A stretch of 64,000 nucleotides of DNA from Syncephalis fuscata S228 (Eukaryota > Fungi > Zoopagomycota), in NCBI GenBank assembly GCA_025786725.1, contig JAHLTZ010000008.1:372001-436000 (forward strand), in the 5' to 3' direction. This document shows positions 29,911 through 43,003 of this stretch, in pieces. The notes beneath the pieces are model-generated. The model saw nothing but the letters and a program-made list of their open reading frames with translations, was not told the origin of the DNA and did not search any database. Each line of letters starts with the position of its first letter. The first letter of the stretch is position 1. Both the position numbers and the translations under genes were made by a program.

Positions 29911-30842
29911 TTACCATCTGTTGTTTACTATTATTTCTGGTGTGTCTTTGCTGCGTATCGTGATTGTATAGTATTCAAATGAAGCTGGCTTAAAGAGTGG
30001 TGGGATGAAAAACACAATCCATACGAATGGTGCATAGCTTGTTAGCGGTGAAAACATAACATGATAGATATAAGTAATATGAAATTCAAGACAAACAAAG
30101 ATGTTGCTTGCTACGCGACAATTGGTTAGTCAATAAAATCCTTGAACTCAAGTTGTATATCTTACCATGTTTTTCATTTCATATATGGTCACAACTGATT
30201 TTGGCAATACATTTAGGTACCAGATAGCAACGCAGCCGTTAAATGTGACCCCAATGATATTTAAGATATGACAGATCAAACCAACAATAGCCCAGTTACT
30301 CGTAAAAAGAATGCTAAGATTTAACATCGAAATAGAAACGGAGGCCAAAATGGCTGTTTTGGAATAGCAAAGCAGCCAGCCGATTAAGCATATAAAAACG
30401 ATATGCAATTTGTCCCCATCAATATGATCTCTCATCGATCGTGCCCTACAGCTAGATTAAGACAATGAAAAGCGTTTGCTGCGTTTTAGCCTACCAACTA
30501 ACAGAATAGAATGTCGGGACACTGAGAAGTATAGCAAGAACAACAGGTCGTGAGCCATCAATATTGCCCCGGTCAAACTGAACACCAAACTGAAAAGTTT
30601 GTACTATTGTATTAAGAGTTTGTAAATAAACAAACAAACAAAACCAGCAGCTATTTACTTACTTATAATTGCTATAAGACAAAAAAAGTATCCTTTTGCT
30701 CGGGTCTGATAAAGATACCATAAATAGAGTAAACCAAGTATTGAATACAACACTATTCCAACAAATGCGCGGGTGAAGTGAGTTCAGTATAATTGAGATT
30801 TTTAACAATTAAATGATAATCCAAGCAAAAATGAATTTTCAT
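29911..30842 (-). CDS. Small multi-pass membrane protein of unknown family (indels and introns, start uncertain)
   Basis: Successive hydrophobic segments (FVGIVLYSILGLLYLWYL; LHIVFICLIGWLL; WAIVGLICHILNIIGV; YAPFVWIVFFIPP) with GT-AG introns. Confidence 0.5.
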
Positions 30843-31426
30843 TTTGGATGTATGATTTAATGGCAACGGCGAGCAACTAATAAAATACGGTATTATAAAT
30901 GGGATAAAACATAAAGATTGGACATCGCTGATTATCGATACCTATTAAGTAGCTAGGACTTGCTGTCAAAAAGTCAGGTTATCGATGCCTAATAACTTGA
31001 CATGTAAAATAGGGGTACATATTGGATGTCACCTTGGTTCTGTAGTTTAGTTTTATTGCCTGTGTTGGGTAGGCTCTGCGCTTATGCTCTTTGTTTCGAA
31101 AGACTAGTGCAACCGGAATGAGTTTCAGCATAGGCAACGACCAGTCGTGCTTCCTAGACTCGGCACAAGTCCAAAAGGGCGTATTTGGTGCGACTATTGA
31201 GCTGATAGCACAGTAGTTTTGTATTATCTTACTAAGTAGTTTAGCTGGTAAATTTGTAATAAAAAGCCCGTTTGACTATGTGCTTACTGGGCAGTAATGA
31301 ATAATGAAACATTGCAGTGTTCAAATAAATTATATTTTATTTTGAATGTTTATTAATGAGTAGCTGTGTTGCATTGTTACACTGAATAATACAAATAAAA
31401 CTAAAAGCTTGCTTTCGATTCCAGAA

Positions 31427-34400
31427 CTAATGTACAACCGGTGACATACCGTAGGTTAATAAACCGTGGATTATCAAATTGTGCGTATGCGTAAGTTTAA
31501 ACACGCGATAGATACTGCCATCAGTAACCGAGTTACAAATGACAACTTCGTGTATTTGCTGTAATGTCTGTGGACTAATTTTAATTGGGATCTTGCCATT
31601 GTTCCGTTTTGTAGCAATGCCTATTGACACCGTGTCTTCCTTGACAATAATCCTTGTTACCCAAAATAGACACCCCATTGCATCGGCCACATCAACTGTA
31701 CATACTATTGTAACATCAATGGGATTACACGGGTCGTTGGCGGCAAACATCCAGTCTAGTGGCTGGTGATCCGTATTGTCGGGATGGTCCGAGGGTAGAG
31801 CCAGTGTCGGTAGCAGTTGAGCACCAGGTGCAATATGATGGCCAATGGCTTTAACTGTTGCATTGGCCATTCTATTCACAATGGTCATTCTACAGGTAGG
31901 TTCTAAAGAATCGGATGCATTGGATGGTATTGAATATAGGCGTGGTCTTTGTACATCGCCATTCAATAACAGCGGCAACATGTCAATTTGACATGTACCA
32001 GCCGTTGATGGCGTAAATATGCCGGGGCTTTTTATTTGAGCTTTTCCTTTTTCTAAATATATTATTTAACTCAATAAACAGCTATAACAATTGTAATCGA
32101 AATACACACCTATATAGTTGGGATCTGTATTAATATTAACAGCAGGCGTGTCAGTATTGCAAAATAGCTGGAATACCTCTTCTAAACGGTAATTAGAGAA
32201 ATTTAAGGGATCTAAAATAGGTGGATTGTCCGGGACTAGACCAATTTTTCCGTAAAAACCACTTTGGTCCATAGATTTTGATGTATCTGCTGTGTCATTG
32301 GAGGTCAGTGACGAGTCCATTGGTAAAAGTTCTTTGGTCGCCGATTCATCTTGTGTAAAAGTGGCATCTATCTGAATTTCCTTTCTACAAATATAAAGCA
32401 TTAATTTAAATCGTGTAATATTGACTAGACTTACGAATGGTGTTCTTCAAAATTATATGCTTCCGATGTATCTTGACTGGCTTGATGAGTCGACTCGTTT
32501 TGTAGCTCTTGTTTTGAATTTGAAGCTGGCTCATCTTTGGTAAATAATTGTGCACAGATCGAATCATCATCGTTTAATACAGTTACTGAACCATCCATAA
32601 TAAGTATTGAACGTTCAGAGCTTGCATAGTTTTGTTTTACGCCAGCTTCTTGTTGTTGCTCAACTGCCAAATTGTTTGATCCAGGTGGTGGCCATAAGTA
32701 ATTCACATTACTTATACTTTCATTATCCACTATTTTGACTGAGGGAGTGTTTGGAATGGCCTTTTTCTTTTCAGTTTCTCTCCGTTTCATAGTTCGAATA
32801 GTTCTGCGCTGCTGTGCTAATGTCGGTGCTGCTGACAACGCGTACAAAGGCAAATTTGATGCCTTTCTTAACACAGCATGCAATAATGTAACACTAGCAT
32901 CACCATTTGGATTCGATTTATGATTCAGTGTAGCACCCAGAAAAATACCTGGTGCATTCTGAAATACCATTCGATGGTGGATAACATCTTTGCCAGCCAT
33001 ACATAAACGTGGCTCAATCAACTGTCGAAATAAACGAGCCCGGATCCTTTTATCCTTTAATCGTGGTATAGGAGGTTTTGTAAATGTCATTGCATTTACA
33101 AAGAACGTACGTTTTGTGCCTCTAGCCGCCAGGCAATAATAAGATGTACATTCCCGGGAATTGGATTACCAAATGCATTAGCAAGCTGTGCCACTATAAA
33201 GCCTTTCACTGAACCGTCCAGATTATTGGCACCATTTTTATCGTATTTTGCACGGGCAACTAGTTCGTCATTAATATGTACAGATGCCTTGGGTCTTTCG
33301 ATAACCTTTCCGGTAAAAAGGTACATCTGTGTATTTAGCATCGTTAAACCTGAATGCGTATTTTGGTGCACTATTACAAGCTCCTCGCCTATAAGGAATA
33401 AATGTTTAATCAGCACTTTTAACAATTGTTACGCGATTAACTTACCAGCCTCTTCCGCAGCTGTATTGCGCACATGTGACAAAATGTCCTCGTTTTCCGA
33501 TCTCTTTTATTTATTTTAGATGGTTAGTAAATATTTATTAAATTACATATTTGTAGGGGGCGCTCACCGACAGATTACCGGAAAAGCAAATAGTGGCTTC
33601 TAATTCTTTACGTTTCCAATGACGCCGTAGCGTAGTAGTTACTGTAAACTCCATCCCATTCGCCAAAGTGCCTTCTGACTGTTTGGCAAACATACTTTTA
33701 CGCTCGTCGTACACAGTGGAAACAAGATTTTCCGGTACAGGCATTCCATTAAACCACCGTTACCGTTGTCTTCCATAATATTAGCATGGAAAATAGCTCG
33801 TTGGTCAGTTCATTGCTTTGACGCCAGGCCACAGCAAGAAGAGGTGATTTGGCTATGGGCTGAGCGGCTTGTACGCTGAATAATAGTATCCCCAGCTGTC
33901 GATTTGACCGAGGCGTAAATACAAATGTGAGTAATCCACCACTGACAATCTCGTCGATCTCCATTTCTGGATCATCAATAGCATGCATGTAATTGCCATC
34001 TGTTGTTAGGCATTGAACATCTAGTAATGATAATGACGGGTGTGCATTTTCAATTGATATTTTGATACTAGGCAAATTGCTTTTTTGAGCTGTTAATAAT
34101 AGTAACGCAATTAATAAACTGTTATGAAATATAAATCGATCAATTCACCTTGCATTGTCCTTGTAGATAAATGTGAGTTTTGCCGTGAAAGTTGCGTCTA
34201 TATATATACACCTAAATGAGCAACTATTATAATGTAATAACAAATAACTAACCGATTTCTCAATGGAAGCTATATCTAAAAGCAAAACTGGTGACCATGT
34301 TAAACTAAGGTAGGCTGCTACAGCAATGTTGGCTTTTGATGGTGCTGGCAACACCACTTCTCGCTGGATACAATGGCCACGCTCGGCACGACTTAGCGCA

Positions 34401-35464
34401 GTTATTAGTAAAAGTGCGCAAAATCCACCGGGACTATGTGGATTTAATGGTAAGCGCGTGTTTAGTATTTCTACAGCGTATAATTGCCGGCTCATTCCAG
34501 CCGGTGTCCAAGTCACAATTAAATAGGAATATGGCATGAGCAAGCCATTTGAAGCAGTTGATGCATTCAGATTTCCCTGTTTAATAGCGTGAACAAGATA
34601 GAACGTTTGTGCATATTGAGCTGCACCGCCAAAAGCCACAAAAGCATTAGCATCCTCTGGCATTACCATCAAACTATTCGAGTTTTCTTCAAGTACCGTG
34701 GCCTCTGACAGCACGTGAGGATGGCAGGGCTCTTGGTGCAGATACAATTGCGGATGAACATTTTCCAAAATAACGATGGTGGATGGAATTTCGTTATGTT
34801 TATGATTGGCCGACAAATATTGAATCAAACGATCATTGGCCCGTTGTCCCTTAGCGGTGGTAAATCTGCAAATAATGTCATGGTCACCATTGACAATGGG
34901 TACACGAAGAGATAAGTCAACTTACGGTGGGCTGGTCGTTGTGTGCCAAAGTGGTGGCTCCAAGGTGAAATTATTGCGAAGCTGTGACGATGTCGTTTGA
35001 AGTGCTGACATTGATATTTCAATCAAGGCTGGAAACATATTTGAACAGCGGACTCGTAGTGCACAGCCAATCGCCTCTACGCCTCCCAATGAAAGATAGC
35101 CTTGCCAGCATGGATGGCCAATACCCCGACGGTGTATTTCGACAACAAGCAGCCCAGCAATATCATCTGGCCCGGCATCAACCGTTTGTTCTATATAGAT
35201 AAGGTCAGCAAAAAACAACTTTCGTTTTTTGTCATCAAATATCCACGCCATAGCGAAATAGATATGTGGGTCGCCTGGTACCGGAGCAAGCTCAGCATGT
35301 TTTACGCGATAGAAGAGCATGCCTTGGGGCGGCACGTCAAAGAAAGCGGTTGCTTTTTTGCATTGCGTGGGCTGTGGTAATACGGTCCCGTTAACATTGC
35401 GTAATTGCAAGTTACGAAAAATAAGCTGTGGGTGAGTAATATGTAATGAGACACGGCATGCCAT
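31427..35464 (-). CDS. Large multi-exon protein with five tandem ~150-aa beta-rich repeats (actinoporin/aegerolysin-like pattern)
   Basis: The ORFs join via GT-AG introns (e.g. 34866-34925, 34198-34252, 34090-34148). Repeats begin VSLHITHPQL, VILENVHPQL, ISIENAHPSL, IVHQNTHSGL and MTIVNRMANA; most share a hydrophobic G-hhh strand and an hh(A/T)W strand. Confidence 0.65.
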
Positions 35465-36115
35465 GGCCGAGCAAGATGGCGTTTACAACAACAACTGTAA
35501 GAATAAAAATAATAGTAGTAGATATAAAAAGGTGGGCCGCGATAGTAGAAACACAATAAAAGCTTTTCTTTGGTAAACTGTTTATTACAAGTGCAAGGCT
35601 TGCGGTCCGCATGGTCGTATGGCAGCAGCGTGCAACGGATAGGTTCATGCTTTTGGGCGCTACAATGAGCAGTGGCCAGTCTTGTTGCATCACATGCTCC
35701 CATTAAAATTTAGTCGGTACGAATGACCAAATTAAGTGGTGCGCGCAGTATAGGTTTTGGTTGTATTTGCTAGCGAGTAACCGTCTTGAAGCTGCAGCGA
35801 TTGGTATTTCTGGTCCCTTGTTCAATGGTACGCTAAGGATGGAACCAATATCTGGTCAGTTGGTCACACTGCATAATAGAAAGCAATGGCGTGGTTGGTT
35901 ACAGCTCGGTCCAGGAATTCAGCGCTATACGTTGTTCAATAATACCCATAAAGGTTCATTAAACAAATAGCAATACAGGTTACATAGAATTTGTCTCTAT
36001 AATTTTGTTAAATGTTAATAAATTTAAAGTTGCGTATTTTATATTAAATGAATTTATTATTTCCATATTAAGTAACTTTTTTCTTTTGCCTCTTTCACTG
36101 CTATTAACCGTTATT

Positions 36116-38681
36116 ATGTTGACAGACGCGACAACGCTACAGCAATTCCTTGCAGTTCATGCGGGACAGCTAGAAGTCATAGGATTCCCTAAGGAACTAT
36201 GGTCTCAGTTGCATCGCAAACTGTTGATTGGTCAAGTAGCGCAAACTGAACCTGAATTCAGTGTAGAGGACGTTGATGTGAAAGGACGTTGCGTTCGTTA
36301 CATAAACTCTGGCCCACTTGAACCAAGTAGTAACGTGTTTCTAGTAAGTTGTACGATTTATAACATGATAAACTAGCTTAATTCTTCTATACAGATTGAT
36401 CATTTATTAACGTTTGAACGAGAACAACTTCGTAAAAAGTTGAGCAAACAGCCAGGTAATTGTTATTGATATCAACGATAGAAACCGCAACCTTATACTA
36501 TATACTATATAATGTTTAATATTTAATAAAAAGCTTTATTAAATAGTCTAAATAGCCAAGTGTTGGTCGCGCGTGGTTTATCCATGGTAGGTAGCGTTTA
36601 TAGTGCTTATTAATGAATAATAGTAATGAAGTGCAAGTCTATTGATTCAAATGATGAGTCGACCACAGCAGCTTCTCTAAATATCGATGAGCTGATTCGA
36701 AGGCTATGGTATTTTGCTAGTGCTTATTCATTAACACTTATGAATGAAGATGGCAAACCAACAGTACATTGGTATTGGTGTAAGTTATTGTTTATTAAAT
36801 AATATCGATACTATAGAGGTGTTTGTCGACAGATATACCAGATGCATTTGGAGCTGCTCTTCAACACGATGCAAATGCCAATTTTACGGCTACTTCATTT
36901 ATGGAATTAACTACAGGTCGAGCATACACGTTGGTGTGGCCTAATACACAGATAACCTGTGGTCAATTATGTACACTTGATTTGTTATCAAGTAAGTAAC
37001 TGTTACTATTATTACTATTAACTGTTGTCAAATCATAATACTAATATTACTAATACTAATATTATTAACGACACTAATGCCTTTACTAATAACAACAACA
37101 ACAATAATGCTGATGATCACGGTAATAATATGATATTTATTAATGTAGCAACCAAGAATGCGCATGATCGTAAAGTTTTAGCATGTGCGTATTTACCAGA
37201 TGCCTTACAAAAAGAATATGCTTATTTCAAATTATTTTATAATAAGCATTGTGATACACTAGAAAAGTCGGCGCTATCCTATGCATCGACGGTAAAGACA
37301 AATCTGGATCTAGCGATGGATAATTCTATTAGTGATGACCAACATGTATCGCCACTACGCCATAAAGAGACAGTGAGTTATTGGCTAGATCCGGCGTATC
37401 GGCATGTGCAAGATGCCAGTATTCGTACATCTAATCGATTTATTCCAGCTTCTAGTAAAGAAGAAGCAGATATTGTTTGGATATTTGATATTATGACTAC
37501 ATTTCAACCAGAAGATTCGTCAACAACGAATGCAACACCAACAACATCGCAATCAAATAAGAAAAAGCGATCAAAAAACAAAAAGAAAAAACAACTTACT
37601 AATAACAATAATAACAATAACAGTATTACACTGCCTATGCTGAATCAATTCCTGGTGAACGTTGGATTACCGTTAAAGATTTACTAGCTCAAACTTTAAA
37701 TGAAGTATATGGTCCATCCGTTAAATGGATACCACGTACGTATAATCTAAATCATGAATCTGGTGCTTTTCTAGCCGACTATTATGAAACCAAAAACGCA
37801 CCAACATCCTCGAATAATGCATGGATTACTAAGCCATGGAATGGTAGTCGTAGTGAGGGTTGTGCTATTAGCGATAATGCAGCTGAATTACTTAAACAAC
37901 TGGCTATAGGCCCACGTATTGTGCAAAAGTGTAAGTTTATTAATTTAATTGACTAATTAATTGATTTATTAGCTAATGGGCTATTTATTATAGATCTAGC
38001 ACAGCCTGCTCTTTTAAATAATCGTAAATTTGATCTTCGTGTATTAGTTGCAGTCAAGTCGTTGTATCCATTGCGTGCCTACACACTACGATCGGTACCG
38101 TGCTATGCCCGAGTAGCCGATGAACCTTATCCATTATCGACTAGTAATGGCGATGTTCAATGGGATAATTTTAATCGACACTTTACAGTAATGAATTATC
38201 GATCAGATGTAGCTAAGGCACAGCAGGCCGACCAACAAGCATTACGCACTGAGCTTGAAGCACAACATGGTATTGGTGTGTTCGATGGGCGTGTTTGGCC
38301 CGCTATTCAACGCTGTTTACGTGATGTATTTATAGCTACCGTTGTACGCGGTAATCGCCATACACCATCGCTTTCGGCCGACAAAAAGATTGCCGATGGA
38401 TTACATCCTAGTGTAGTGGGTGGACTACGTCCTTATAAACGCTCACGCGCCATTTACGGTGTCGATATTATGTTGGATGACACGCTACAGCCTCATTTAA
38501 TAGAAGGCAAGTATATAGCTATTTATTGCTACACTAATACTAAATTTATTCCAATTAACAAATAGTTTCATTCTGTCCTGATATGAAAACACCCATTCGT
38601 ATGCATCCTCCGTTGATGGCCGAGTTATTCACATTTCTATACCTTGATCAAGGCGATGAACATTTTGAGTCAATTATATAA
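36116..38681 (+). CDS. TTLL12: Tubulin-tyrosine ligase-like 12
   Basis: FLAVHAGQL..IGFP..LW..LHRKL, VFLIDH, WITKPWNGSRS, IVQKYL, RKFDLRV, RHFTVMNY and RAIYGVDIML..PHLIEVSFCPD motifs. Confidence 0.88.
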
Positions 38682-39049
38682 TACACATAGTACACATGTT
38701 TGTTTGCGTTCAGAATAGAAAACATTGTTGACGTTTATATCTGCCTATTTCTCGTGATCAAAATGAAAGATGTCGTTACTGTTTAAAAAAGATTAAATGT
38801 GCGTGCGTGCGGTGCGTGTGCGTGTACATGTCTTGTCAAGTACAAAATCATGAATTTAAAGTGATGAACAAAGGGACGGAAAGTCGACGAATAACCACGA
38901 CGATAAGTGATGGTCGTTGTATTCTCAAGTACGTTAGGATGAACAAGGGGGTCGATCATTGGGTGTTAATAATAAAACAGAAACCAAAAGCGCAAAACAA
39001 TGATACGACATACAAACGAGAAAAAAGAAACAACATAATAATAGATTGC

Positions 39050-39095
39050 TAAATAGATAAATAGATAGATAGATAGGTGAGTAGATAGGTGGATA
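39050..39095 (+). repeat. (AGAT)n-like microsatellite
   Basis: atagataaatagatagatagataggt seen directly. Confidence 0.8.
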
Positions 39096-39471
39096 TCTAT
39101 ATAAATATCATTCAAGGAACCAATCAATAAGAGGGAGAAGGAACACACAAATAATCAATAAAATAGTAATAGTTGACATCTAACAAAGAATATAGACAAT
39201 AATAAGGACCAAGTATCAACTGTCCAATATACGCACACACACACATATATATATACATACCTATCATCTCTTCTTTCTATCTTGTTATTATATTCAAGCA
39301 CTGAATGTATAATTTATACTAATCATCATTGGAATAAATAGCCATTGATTGATTAATATTAATAACATCTAATCTACTATTTCTCTGTTATCATTATAAA
39401 TCAATAACGCTCTACTAATACAATAACCATTATCTGTCAAAAACAGAATAAAGTGCCAAATACTAATAAAC

Positions 39472-39473
39472 AA

Positions 39474-39505
<32 letters not shown>

Positions 39506-39525
39506 TAAGTAGATAGGTAGATAAG
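39472..39525 (+). repeat. (AGAT)n microsatellite
   Basis: About 7 perfect AGAT units plus a degenerate tail. Confidence 0.9.
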
Positions 39526-40638
39526 TAGGTCGAGTGCGTGGTATATAGACGTGTATAATACTTAAGGTAATGTATAGGCAAGATAACGAGCAAGCGATAA
39601 TGTAGTTAATAGCGGATAGCAATAATAATAATAATAGGTGTAACTCCCTATAGAACACAGAGTTATTGCGTCACATGGATCCTAGATCTTGTACATGTGT
39701 AGCAGTACTATATAGATAGTGATAGAGATGAAGCAACAAGAACAATTTGCTTATCGGTTGACATTGCCATGTCGAATAGCTGCCATGCTAGAATAAAGGC
39801 CGGACCAATTATACATTTATACGTATATAATGTGCCATTATTTGTAGTATTGCTCTATTCTAATAGTAATAATAGTAGTAATAGTAATAATACGCTCTAT
39901 AAAATATGAAAAGAGCCATGATGAAGATGTCCATAGCACCGATACTGTATTTGGTGCTGTATCCGTGTATACGTGCTGTGCCACGATTGGATCCGTATCG
40001 ATTGCCAATAGACTCTAGTTCACCAAAGGCCAAAGGTAGATCGTATATATAACAAGAATAAGTGGATGGGTGTGGAGTGAACATATCCACAGATAAAGTG
40101 TAAATAAGCTAATAATATATACCGCTGTATCGTTTGAGTATGATCAACAAGAAACTGAACCATTGTGGTGCGCAGTAGACAACGCTTAAATAACCGGAGA
40201 GCAATGCATCAATTAGAAACTAGTACAACAATCCTCCACAATTATCTAGTGGTCCATCAATCAAACTTTACTACATCTTTGTTTGATTGAAACCCAATCT
40301 AGATTACATTGTAGATCCATCGACCGTATAGCTCTATCTCTTATTACTCTATGTTAAACAAGGCTATGACCGCCCCCGTCAATTGAACAACTACTTATCG
40401 CCATAACCTGCTCCTTCTTCCTCTCTCTCCCTCGCTTCTCTTCTAATCAGTCTACTAAACCAAACTACCATTAATCTATTAATGATAGTAGCCGTCATGG
40501 TCGTTGTGGTCATCACTGGCGGTGTAGGATTCATACCGAAATGATTGCCGTTCGGCGTCAGTGTACCAGTTACCATAGTAGTGTGCGAAATGGCATTGGT
40601 CAGTCCTCTTGAATCCTTGGACAGTGTAGCATTTTGAA

Positions 40639-42876
40639 CTAGTAGATTCCATCCATTAAGCTTTGCGGCTTCAACTGTCGTGTTGGCCGTAGAGGATAGA
40701 TGTCGATTAGAATTAGGCGAGGAAGATGCAACATAGAAGGCGTGGCGTTGCCTCGACTATGCTGATTTACATTGTTGTTATCAACATGGTCATCATCGTC
40801 CTGTGAAGTAATTTCCATACGTCCTAATGGAGAATGTCCATGGAGTGACATACTGCTACCACTGCTGCTACGTCGGTGATCATGATTAGCAACAGAAGAG
40901 GGTGGTGAAATGGAAATGGGCGATGATGCATCAGATATACCAGAATGGGCCGTTGGTGTATTTAGTGGAGAAATACCGGCTCGTTCACCAGATGCACCTG
41001 GCCGTTCACTTTGATTTTCGGCTGCCGTAGGTGCGCAACATCCGTTGGGTGACTCTACTAAATAACGGGAAGAGTTGATATCCGTGGGTGTTGTAGCACT
41101 TGGTGGGGCCGTTATAGGGGTCGACAATGACGCCGATGTTGTCGATATCGTTACCGATGTGGGTGCTGTCAACTGAGAGCCATTAAACATCATCATTGGA
41201 TGATCGGATGACATTGCTGAAGAAGGTGAGGCTGATGACGGTGACAAGGGAGAAATGGCCTGTTGTTGTTGAATTGAGATAGATTTACGCGACATAGGAG
41301 CAAGTGTCGATAATGATGATGTACGATAGAGGGACGATAACGAAGACGTAGCCGGATTGTTGGCATTAGCAATATTGAGTCGATGCAATGCCTGTTGTAG
41401 ATTGGCCGATGGTACCGAAGCCATATTGGTAGCTGTAACAGTCGTTGTCGTCGTCGTTGTTGATGTGGACATGGCTGAATGCTGCTGCTGTTGTTGTTGT
41501 TGTTGTTGCTGCTGCTGCATGCACATTTGTTGTTGTTGTTGTAATTGCTGCTGTTGTAGGCGTGCAGCCATATGTTCCGCCATAAACGGCTGGTGATAGA
41601 CATTGGGATACACTTGGTTTCCCGGGTGGGCATAGGAGTGTCGATGACTAATCGGCGCACCTGATTTAGATTTGGACAGCGTGCCGGCCGTGTAGATCGA
41701 CGACGAGGACGATGAAGTCGATGAAGCCGGTGTTGTTGCCCGGTCGGGTGTCAGGGCGAAATAGCCACTGTCACCAGAAGTGCGGCGCATTGGACTATTG
41801 GCTTGCGATGCCGGCTGCTGCAAATGCTGCAAATGAGCAAGTGCCGTCACCTGGGAGGGTGGATGGCTAAACGAGCTGGCATGGGATAGCGAATGTGAGT
41901 GCTGGTGTCCATTGCCGTGTACCGCATGGAATGAATGCGGTGGCTGTTGATGATGAATACCAACGCCGTTACCTGTAACAAACGACTGGTGACTCATCTG
42001 TGGATGATAGCTATACGTGCGGAAATGGCGAGGACGTGCTTGAAGTGGGCCTGTATGTTGGGCAAAGTACTCTGTGGGTGTACGGGCAAATGGACTAGCC
42101 TGTCCCATGATTGAGCCAGGTGTTGACGTCATTGGACTTTCTGGACAATGTCGCCATGCTACCGCAGCAATGTCGTATGGAGAGGTGGGCGTAGGCGGTT
42201 CTGACGCGGCCATACTGATAGGCAGTACAAGTGGCGGTGGTGCAGGTGCAGTAGGTGGTCGACGATAGTTTAATAAGCGATCGCCCATTATTTGCAGCTC
42301 TTCTACTGGAATTGAAAGCTGGAAGTTACACAGCTTCAAAAAGATAAGCTCCAATTGATTCAGCTCTTTGGTAGGTAATCCGCCAACCTTGGCATACCGA
42401 GAGTTGGTAAAGAAAACGTCAGAGAAGAATTTACTGGCCACTACAACACCGGTAATACAGAGACGATGAGCACTGAATCGATCTAGCTGTACCATGCCAG
42501 AGTTGCATGCTCTTTCAACATAGATTACTAGAGCAATAAAGCATTCACTGGCACATGGACAGTATTTTAACACACGTGCCAAATACGTGGCTAGATCAAT
42601 TGATGGAATAGCCGATGCGTGAAATGGTGAACAATGGGCGGGATGAGCACCTCCATTGCTATTGACATCTATGGCTGATGCACCTGAAGCACGTTGTAGC
42701 TGTTGCTGTTGCTGTAGTGCCTGGGCGTGTGTTGTAATTGGCGAGGGAGTCGAGTTGGACACCATGGCCAATCCATTCATGCCCATAGGTGCAGCTGCAC
42801 ACAACGCATCAATGTGTCGTGCCACTAGACGGAGTGTATCCGCAGGTGGGAAGGTAGCTAGATCGAATGACGGCAT
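40639..42876 (-). CDS. PHO80/PCL-family cyclin with long disordered S/Q/H-rich tail (true C-terminus may extend to ~40391 through an indel)
   Basis: FHASAIPSIDLATYLARVLKY..IALVIYVER..HRLCITGVVVASKFFSDVFFTNSRYAKVGGL..ELNQLELIFL. Confidence 0.92.
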   Translation of the reverse strand: MPSFDLATFPPADTLRLVARHIDALCAAAPMGMNGLAMVSNSTPSPITTHAQALQQQQQLQRASGASAIDVNSNGGAHPAHCSPFHASAIPSIDLATYLARVLKYCPCASECFIALVIYVERACNSGMVQLDRFSAHRLCITGVVVASKFFSDVFFTNSRYAKVGGLPTKELNQLELIFLKLCNFQLSIPVEELQIMGDRLLNYRRPPTAPAPPPLVLPISMAASEPPTPTSPYDIAAVAWRHCPESPMTSTPGSIMGQASPFARTPTEYFAQHTGPLQARPRHFRTYSYHPQMSHQSFVTGNGVGIHHQQPPHSFHAVHGNGHQHSHSLSHASSFSHPPSQVTALAHLQHLQQPASQANSPMRRTSGDSGYFALTPDRATTPASSTSSSSSSIYTAGTLSKSKSGAPISHRHSYAHPGNQVYPNVYHQPFMAEHMAARLQQQQLQQQQQMCMQQQQQQQQQQQQHSAMSTSTTTTTTTVTATNMASVPSANLQQALHRLNIANANNPATSSLSSLYRTSSLSTLAPMSRKSISIQQQQAISPLSPSSASPSSAMSSDHPMMMFNGSQLTAPTSVTISTTSASLSTPITAPPSATTPTDINSSRYLVESPNGCCAPTAAENQSERPGASGERAGISPLNTPTAHSGISDASSPISISPPSSVANHDHRRSSSGSSMSLHGHSPLGRMEITSQDDDDHVDNNNVNQHSRGNATPSMLHLPRLILIDIYPLRPTRQLKPQSLMDGIY

Positions 42877-42986
42877 GATTACGGTGTAATACTAACGTCA
42901 AGATAAGCAAGAGTAACTATATATATATAATATAAGGTAGGAATAGGATATAATAATAGACAAAGCAGGATAAGGAAGAGTAGTTA

Positions 42987-43003
42987 TGTGTGTGTGTGTG
43001 TGT
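42987..43003 (+). repeat. (TG)n microsatellite upstream of the cyclin gene
   Basis: tgtgtgtgtgtgtgtg seen directly. Confidence 0.85.

Noticed and set aside
30688-30697. GTATCCTT U12-type donor motif
   Set aside because: It lies antisense within the coding sequence of a minus-strand gene.
38807-40090. Short ORFs between TTLL12 and the cyclin
   Set aside because: Derived from microsatellite and low-complexity sequence, with no recognisable motifs.
41193-42889. Antisense and alternate-frame ORFs over the cyclin, including a poly-Cys ORF at 41357-41596
   Set aside because: Shadows of the poly-Q/Ser coding strand.
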